IMG/VR virus record: IMGVR_UViG_3300002056_000074
DNA from: a virus
Strand: one strand, 5' to 3'
Length of the DNA stretch: 64,000 nucleotides
The position numbers and the translations under genes were made by a program. How positions within the stretch are numbered: position 1 is the first letter of the stretch; each line of letters opens with the position of its first letter. This document shows, piece after piece, positions 57,690-64,000 of this stretch. Below the pieces are notes generated by a model. The model was given only the letters and a program-made list of their open reading frames with translations, did not search any database and was not told the DNA's origin.

Positions 57690-60600
57690 GTGTCGAATAA
57701 TTCCGATTACTCAAAAATACGAAGTCGAATAGATAAAATAATTCCTGACGCCTATCAATCTGATATTGGCGAATCTTTTATGGAAAATACTATCAATCGA
57801 TTTTTAACAAAAAAAGAGACTGAATATGTTGATGGTTTTGTTGGTGCTCCTAATACACACACAACCACATCCAGACAATTAAATGAGCCAGATATTATTA
57901 GTCAGGCAAATCAACTACAGCCAATTATTACCACTATATTAGGCACAGAAAAGCGATATATGTCATGGGCGGATGTTATTAGTGAATTGCGTCTACAGGG
58001 CGTTGATATATCACAATTGCCTATTTGGGGAGCAACTGACAAATATAATTGGGTTCCCCCGATTGATATAGACAAACTTATCTATTTTAGAGATTATTTT
58101 TGGGTTAGTGATGATATCAAATCAACTCCAGAATATATAACAATCAAAAACTGTCAAACCACCGCACTATCACGAGTTAGACGAATTGAAAAAATGATTG
58201 AACGATATGGTAACAATTTTCCAATTGTTGAATTATTAGAAAAGAGTGGTAGTACATTTTCCATAGTTCGAATTGACCCTGACAATTCACTAGTTAGGGT
58301 TACTGGTAATGTATTAGATGTATTATCAATTGGTGAATGCATCTCCATTCAAAATACTGCCACTAATAATAATGAATATGAAATTGCAGCATTGACATAT
58401 AATACAGAAGATAATTGGACTATTATTGAAGTCACTGGTAATACTTTAGTATCAGAAGAATTTGTTGGTCAAGTTCGATATACAGAATATAACGGAATTG
58501 TATTGAGTGGTCTGTTGGATAATTTATTTGAAAGCAACTTTATGTTTGATGTCAACGATTCGATCAATTCAAAATTAAGTGGTGACACATTTATTACAGT
58601 TAATTCGGAATATAATAGTGAGGATAATACCACGACAATTTTTTTCGATGGTGCCATAACTTCTGGTGTGGTATCTGGCAATGTAACATTAAGCAATCAA
58701 TTAACCATTGCAGAAAATAATGCAACTGAAGATTGTTTTTTACTTACACCAGAATCTGAACATCAATGGTCAAAATCGAATAAATGGGTACATCGAAATG
58801 ATGTTAGAAATTTTGCATCAGCGAAACAAGCTAACTATCCAGTCATAGAATTTGATTCTGGAATTGAATTAAATGAATACTTAGAAACTAAACATATATG
58901 GAAATATAGAAAATTTAATGGAGATTCATTTGAAGAAATATCCACAACACCGAACTTCCTAGAGTTAAAGCCTGCAACGGTTGATTTTTTTACTGCTGGT
59001 AATACAGTTGCCGTATTGGATAAGGTGGTTGGAAATCTATCTAGTTTATTTGTTCCGGGATTCGAATTTTTAGATCAAAATAATCAACAGTATGTTGTCG
59101 CATCATCTACGTTTGAGTATGATGTAAATACACTCCAATATAATACACGCATAACAATAACGACAATTTTTGATTCTGGTACAACTTCTTTTATACCAAA
59201 AGTAACTAGCTTGGGTGATGTCTGGATTGGCTACAATCAACATTGGATATATGCTGGAGTTGAGTCCGAATTACCCACTGCATCTCCACCCATGAATCCA
59301 TTGGGAGTTATCAATGAATCAATAACATTTATCACCAATAATGCGGATTATGATTACCGCGTAGGAGATACAGTACAGGAAGTTATTGTTAAAAATATTA
59401 CTAATAAAGTTTTTGAATTTGAGTCTTCTGATTTAAAAAATCAGGTATTATTGAGTTCTGGAGATTTTAGGGTATATGTAAATAACATTAGACGCTATGG
59501 AGATTTTAATGAAATAGAAGATCCTAACACTAACCAATTTGTTGTGGGTGTTGAATTTAATGATTCGGTATCATTTTCTGTTGGTGATATTATTCGTTTT
59601 GAAGTCGGTTCTATTTTATTATCTGATCATGGATTAACTAATGTTGATGTTCGTGTAGAGCCAGATGACTTTATTTTTAATACTACACAAGTTACAGAAT
59701 TAGTTAGTATTACTAGAATTCAAAAATTGGAGCAGTTGAAGAGTTCAAAAAATCAATATCCGAATTATAATTTGTATAATATTGACGGTACGTCGGCAAA
59801 TGCCGCAGCACCATTAATGGAATATACAATCGATCAGAGTGCACCAGTAATTTCCGAACTTGCGAGGCGAATAAAAGTAGATAGATTAGAGGAAAACTAT
59901 TCGTTTACACAAAATTTAATTAATGATACTTCTTTATTGGGATATAAGGAAATGCCAACTACCACCTTCTGGATAGATGTTGGAAAGCAAACAATCTACA
60001 AAAATATAGATTGTGTGTGGAATAAAGAATTTATTCAAGGAAACGTATTCAACACTGCAAGTTTTGGTGCTGAGCCTAGTATAAAATTTGAAGGTTTGAT
60101 TTGGTTTGATTCTAGTAATGAAGTCCTTTATGTTTATGAGTCGGGTTCTTTTGTTGAATCTACCTCTTATGTAATTACTAATAATGAAAACCCTTCACTG
60201 AAATCTATTTGGCGAAAAGCCAAAGAAAAGTATGTGCCGATTATGCGCGATTGGAATGGTAGGTCAGAAAGTGAATATAATCAAGAGAAAGCTGCTTTTA
60301 TTGCTTCATTGATTGAAAATTTACAATTTTCAGATAATACATTATCTGATTCTGATGCTAATGAACAGGCAAATACGGTCTGGTTTGCACGCCAATCAAA
60401 TGAATTGTCGCCAACTGGTGAATGGGTTGGTGATTGGACATTGCCTGATTATTTTTACTATAATATAGAAAATGAGAATAGGGTGGAATTATCTTCTAAG
60501 CAGTTAATTGGTCATTTTGAAGATATTATCAATAGCCAAGACAAGGTTCCGGGATTTTTAGGAACTCGACGTGCCCAGTTTCATACATTAGAAAAACATG

Positions 60601-63600
60601 AGGTAGATTTTGGAAAGGGTGGAAATATACGCCAATATAATAACAATTTCTCAACATTCATCTCTTCTGTTTTTGTTGATAATATTATTATTCCATCACT
60701 AATAGAATTCGCCCAAAATCAATATCAAGTTACTCTTGATCGAGCTACCCGAATAGGCGAACGAAGCATTTCTGATATATTAAATGGTGATCCTATAATA
60801 TTCAGAGACTTGTATCCACAATTACTCACAAAAAATCGTAGTAACCTATCCGCTAATTCAAATAGAGAATTAGTATATGGTGATAGCACGACATTTGATG
60901 CAGAGACTAATACTGGAATTCGTAATTGGATTGCAACATTACCAAATTTAGGATTTTTATCAGCAGTAAAACCCTCAATCAATGTTGACTCTAATTTGGG
61001 TTTATATGAGTTGAGGCATCATGATGGACATCGAGCCGATTATACACTTACACCATCTAGATTTACTGCTCTATTTAATGCGATTATAGAAAATAATACA
61101 AATGTTAGTAATAGTGTAATCGTTAATGATGTTGACTTACCAGAAACATATAATGAATTGTTAGCAATCACACCATCAAAAACATTTAGTGGTGGATTTT
61201 TATGGATTGATGCTACTAAAAAACAAATTTTTAACTTAAATCTAGATTTTATACAGAATAACATTGACCCTCCAACTATTGATGGCTACTTGTGGTTAGA
61301 TGATTCAACTCCCAATGGAACACTAAAAGTTTCAGATGGTGTCTCATGGACCACAACTTCTATAGATGATGATGGCAAGTTATTTAATGGCAATACAATA
61401 GAAACTTCCAGTACGTCGGCTTGGAGGCAGTTAGATTTAAATGAAATAATTTTAGAACTTTTATTTGATATCGAAAATAGTTTATATGAAAAATCTATTG
61501 ATCCGATTTATAATTTTGATATTTCGTCAGATTTACAATCTTCCTTTTCAACCTATGTAAAAGATATTGAAGAGGATCTTCCGTTTACAAACATTGAATA
61601 TAATATAACAGACCCATTTTCATGGAATTATCGCCAATCTGCACCACTATCAAGATTTGAAATGAAAAGTATCGATTTAGCTAATAACTCTTTTATTGTT
61701 CAGCAGTTAGTTGCTTCTGCGTTACCAGATGGATCAACATTTTTTATTAAAAATTCAGGTGTTAATGATGGGACATGGACGGTAGAACATGCGGTTGAAG
61801 ACCCACAAACACAAACAACTGAAGTTTTTGTAATTGAAAAAATTAAAGAATTCTCATTGGGTCTTATGTATAAGGGGAAGTTACCAGCAACGACAAATGA
61901 CGGAAGTGAAACTGCTGCGTACTGGAAAAGTTTATATACTCAATATTATGGCACACCGTACCCTCACTTAGAACCTTGGATTTTGCAGGGATATAACAGT
62001 GAACCAGATTGGTGGAATACCCAGTATAAAAATACTGATAATTCTATAGTAGCACGAAGGTGGCTCCCTGAGATGTGGAATAATATTCGTGCAGGGTTTA
62101 TTCCTTTGGGTTATGAGTTACCTGACGGTCAATTATCAAACGGATTAAATGGTCAAGTTACTCAATACAATTATTTTAGTGTAAACATTTCATCAGATGT
62201 CATTTCATCGGACGGTGGAGTTACTAACTATCCACCTGATTCATTATTACCACCATTTTACAATCACACGATTTCACTTCCTACACAACCTGCAACGGTT
62301 AGAAGTATTTTTAGTAATTTTGTGTTGGAAATAACTAACCCTTCTGCTGATTATGAATTTGGACATAATTCAGAATTAGAATACACATGGAAAAATACAT
62401 CTCAATTTTTATATGATAGATTCTCTAGAAACTTCATAGAAGATCCTATTAATTTCATAGTTAAGACATTTGGATACAACTATAATACTATAGATGGTTT
62501 ATTGATTGACGTAGATACTCAGAATGTTCCCTCTAATAAAAATTTATTGCTGCATGGAACAATTACTAATGATAATAGTATCGTTAAGGTGAAGGGATTG
62601 AATCAGTGGTATGTCAATTATAATAGATACACCGGCTCTGATACGAATAATTCAAGTTTCCTATCTCTTTGGAAATTTTGGACTGCACCTTTAGCATATC
62701 AATTCAATTCATTTATCGATACTCGAACGTTAGACGTATCGAATAATAATGTGGATGTAGATAATAATGTAGATTATTCAGTGTTTGTAAAAAAGACTAA
62801 TGGAATAGAAGAGCATTCAATATCTGGATTAATAGCCACAATTTTAAATATTCCACCAAAAATGGTAAACTTCGACAATTCACATTTATGGAAGATTCAA
62901 GTATCTAATAATTCATCACGGGTTAATAAATTAACTGCATATGATGTGATGAATTATCCCTTTTATGCTGACGTTGATACTAATATATGTACCCTCTATA
63001 CTTATAAAATTGTTAATGTTGAGGAAGTACAACAAGTTATTGAAATTGATGGGGATATTAGTGATTTGGTTCCAGTAAATTCTGAAATAATTATTAATAA
63101 GGTTGATACCTTTACCGTATCGGGAGTTACATTTTCTGAACTTGAAAGTAAAACTAAGATTGTTTTATTAGAACCAATCTCTTCGATATCATCTAATGAT
63201 CTAATTACATTTAATACCAAAACAATTCCTTGGGAAACTGGGGACGCTATTTGGCTATCTACTGAAGCTCGTCTGCCATCACCACTTTTTGGTGATGTTC
63301 CTAATTTTGGTCCAATACAATATTTTATTATTCGACTATCAGATAGTGAATTTCAAATAGCAGAGACTGAGGCAGCAGCACTTGCACACTTGCCCATAGA
63401 ATTATTGTCGAGTGGACAATCTATTCATTATGTTGGGCAATTGGAAAATACATTTATTGCAAAAGAAGGAAAGTATACTTCTAATTTTTGGCGTCATTAT
63501 AAACTTGATGAGCGTTATACTACTACCATAACTATGCCCGGCATCATCAATGGGATGCAAAACTTCATCAATTTCGTTGATGGGTATGTTGCGGTTAAAA

Positions 63601-64000
63601 CTGGGGAGGGATTTGATTTTACGGACGAAACCCATGCGTGGCAAGATCAAATTGAATCATTCATTGATTATAGCTTCTTTGCTAGAAATAAAGTTAGAAA
63701 TAGAACTATTGGGAACAGATATTCAGTTATACCTAATCAAATTACGAATAGTTGGTCATTTGATGGTATCGCTACGACATTTGACACTGCTACAGCAGTG
63801 AATTTAGTATCTGTAACAGGGACTCTACCAACTCCACTCCTACCGAAAGTTCCTTATTATATTGTTAATAATTCAGATGGAACGTTTAGCTTGGCATCAA
63901 CACAAAATCGTGCCGCAATTGGTCAAACTATTAAATTATTAGATAACGGTTCTGTTTCAGGTATTGAAATTTATCCAGCGGTTGATAATTTAGCCAAATA
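57690..64000 (+). CDS. Giant virion/baseplate protein (>2100 aa, runs off window end; not in ORF track)
   Basis: GTG at 57690 (MSNNSDYSKIRSRIDKIIPDAYQS...). The same frame is open at the window end (GIEIYPAVDNLAK) and no terminated ORF appears in this frame in the track. TAAATA at 57658-57663; follows gp6. Confidence 0.8.
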   Translation, partial: MSNNSDYSKIRSRIDKIIPDAYQSDIGESFMENTINRFLTKKETEYVDGFVGAPNTHTTTSRQLNEPDIISQANQLQPIITTILGTEKRYMSWADVISELRLQGVDISQLPIWGATDKYNWVPPIDIDKLIYFRDYFWVSDDIKSTPEYITIKNCQTTALSRVRRIEKMIERYGNNFPIVELLEKSGSTFSIVRIDPDNSLVRVTGNVLDVLSIGECISIQNTATNNNEYEIAALTYNTEDNWTIIEVTGNTLVSEEFVGQVRYTEYNGIVLSGLLDNLFESNFMFDVNDSINSKLSGDTFITVNSEYNSEDNTTTIFFDGAITSGVVSGNVTLSNQLTIAENNATEDCFLLTPESEHQWSKSNKWVHRNDVRNFASAKQANYPVIEFDSGIELNEYLETKHIWKYRKFNGDSFEEISTTPNFLELKPATVDFFTAGNTVAVLDKVVGNLSSLFVPGFEFLDQNNQQYVVASSTFEYDVNTLQYNTRITITTIFDSGTTSFIPKVTSLGDVWIGYNQHWIYAGVESELPTASPPMNPLGVINESITFITNNADYDYRVGDTVQEVIVKNITNKVFEFESSDLKNQVLLSSGDFRVYVNNIRRYGDFNEIEDPNTNQFVVGVEFNDSVSFSVGDIIRFEVGSILLSDHGLTNVDVRVEPDDFIFNTTQVTELVSITRIQKLEQLKSSKNQYPNYNLYNIDGTSANAAAPLMEYTIDQSAPVISELARRIKVDRLEENYSFTQNLINDTSLLGYKEMPTTTFWIDVGKQTIYKNIDCVWNKEFIQGNVFNTASFGAEPSIKFEGLIWFDSSNEVLYVYESGSFVESTSYVITNNENPSLKSIWRKAKEKYVPIMRDWNGRSESEYNQEKAAFIASLIENLQFSDNTLSDSDANEQANTVWFARQSNELSPTGEWVGDWTLPDYFYYNIENENRVELSSKQLIGHFEDIINSQDKVPGFLGTRRAQFHTLEKHEVDFGKGGNIRQYNNNFSTFISSVFVDNIIIPSLIEFAQNQYQVTLDRATRIGERSISDILNGDPIIFRDLYPQLLTKNRSNLSANSNRELVYGDSTTFDAETNTGIRNWIATLPNLGFLSAVKPSINVDSNLGLYELRHHDGHRADYTLTPSRFTALFNAIIENNTNVSNSVIVNDVDLPETYNELLAITPSKTFSGGFLWIDATKKQIFNLNLDFIQNNIDPPTIDGYLWLDDSTPNGTLKVSDGVSWTTTSIDDDGKLFNGNTIETSSTSAWRQLDLNEIILELLFDIENSLYEKSIDPIYNFDISSDLQSSFSTYVKDIEEDLPFTNIEYNITDPFSWNYRQSAPLSRFEMKSIDLANNSFIVQQLVASALPDGSTFFIKNSGVNDGTWTVEHAVEDPQTQTTEVFVIEKIKEFSLGLMYKGKLPATTNDGSETAAYWKSLYTQYYGTPYPHLEPWILQGYNSEPDWWNTQYKNTDNSIVARRWLPEMWNNIRAGFIPLGYELPDGQLSNGLNGQVTQYNYFSVNISSDVISSDGGVTNYPPDSLLPPFYNHTISLPTQPATVRSIFSNFVLEITNPSADYEFGHNSELEYTWKNTSQFLYDRFSRNFIEDPINFIVKTFGYNYNTIDGLLIDVDTQNVPSNKNLLLHGTITNDNSIVKVKGLNQWYVNYNRYTGSDTNNSSFLSLWKFWTAPLAYQFNSFIDTRTLDVSNNNVDVDNNVDYSVFVKKTNGIEEHSISGLIATILNIPPKMVNFDNSHLWKIQVSNNSSRVNKLTAYDVMNYPFYADVDTNICTLYTYKIVNVEEVQQVIEIDGDISDLVPVNSEIIINKVDTFTVSGVTFSELESKTKIVLLEPISSISSNDLITFNTKTIPWETGDAIWLSTEARLPSPLFGDVPNFGPIQYFIIRLSDSEFQIAETEAAALAHLPIELLSSGQSIHYVGQLENTFIAKEGKYTSNFWRHYKLDERYTTTITMPGIINGMQNFINFVDGYVAVKTGEGFDFTDETHAWQDQIESFIDYSFFARNKVRNRTIGNRYSVIPNQITNSWSFDGIATTFDTATAVNLVSVTGTLPTPLLPKVPYYIVNNSDGTFSLASTQNRAAIGQTIKLLDNGSVSGIEIYPAVDNLAK

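Noticed and set aside
90-63801. Many short ORFs antisense to or nested in long genes (e.g. 90..278, 1750..2142, 49119..49469, 58154..63801)
   Set aside because: Shadow frames of well-supported genes, with no independent motifs or expression signals.
1-64000. Stop-codon reassignment
   Set aside because: Core genes are full length under code 11; the two apparent gaps at the window ends are ORFs truncated by the window.

Overview
AT-rich, densely coding segment of a large T4-superfamily (jumbo-type) myophage genome using the standard genetic code. It holds most of the virion morphogenesis module: terminase large and small subunits, tail tube, sheath, gp4/gp13/gp14/gp15-like neck proteins, major capsid, scaffold, prohead protease, portal, a tape-measure-like protein, and gp26/gp51/gp48/gp53/gp27/gp5/gp25/gp6-like baseplate proteins. 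Two long ORFs missing from the supplied track run off the window ends (1..1345 on -, 57690..64000 on +). A replication/recombination block (DinG-like helicase, RuvC, gp46/gp47) and the gp55 late sigma factor are also present. TAAATA late-promoter cores precede most structural genes, and sigma70-type promoters precede non-structural genes. Most notable: (i) a ~600-bp non-coding locus at 42989-43599, in which a near-consensus sigma70 promoter leads into a GC-rich, helix-rich, probably pseudoknotted ~350-nt sequence followed by an A-rich tract and iteron-like repeats (candidate novel structured RNA and/or RNA-primed origin); (ii) five paralogous Zn-finger-repeat + PD-(D/E)XK nuclease + Mom-like GNAT fusion genes interspersed among structural genes; (iii) small proteins with capsid-targeting-like N-termini, one of them a GNAT; (iv) an M15 peptidase fused to the baseplate hub. 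All assignments come from reading motifs and synteny by eye; no searches or folding programs were run.
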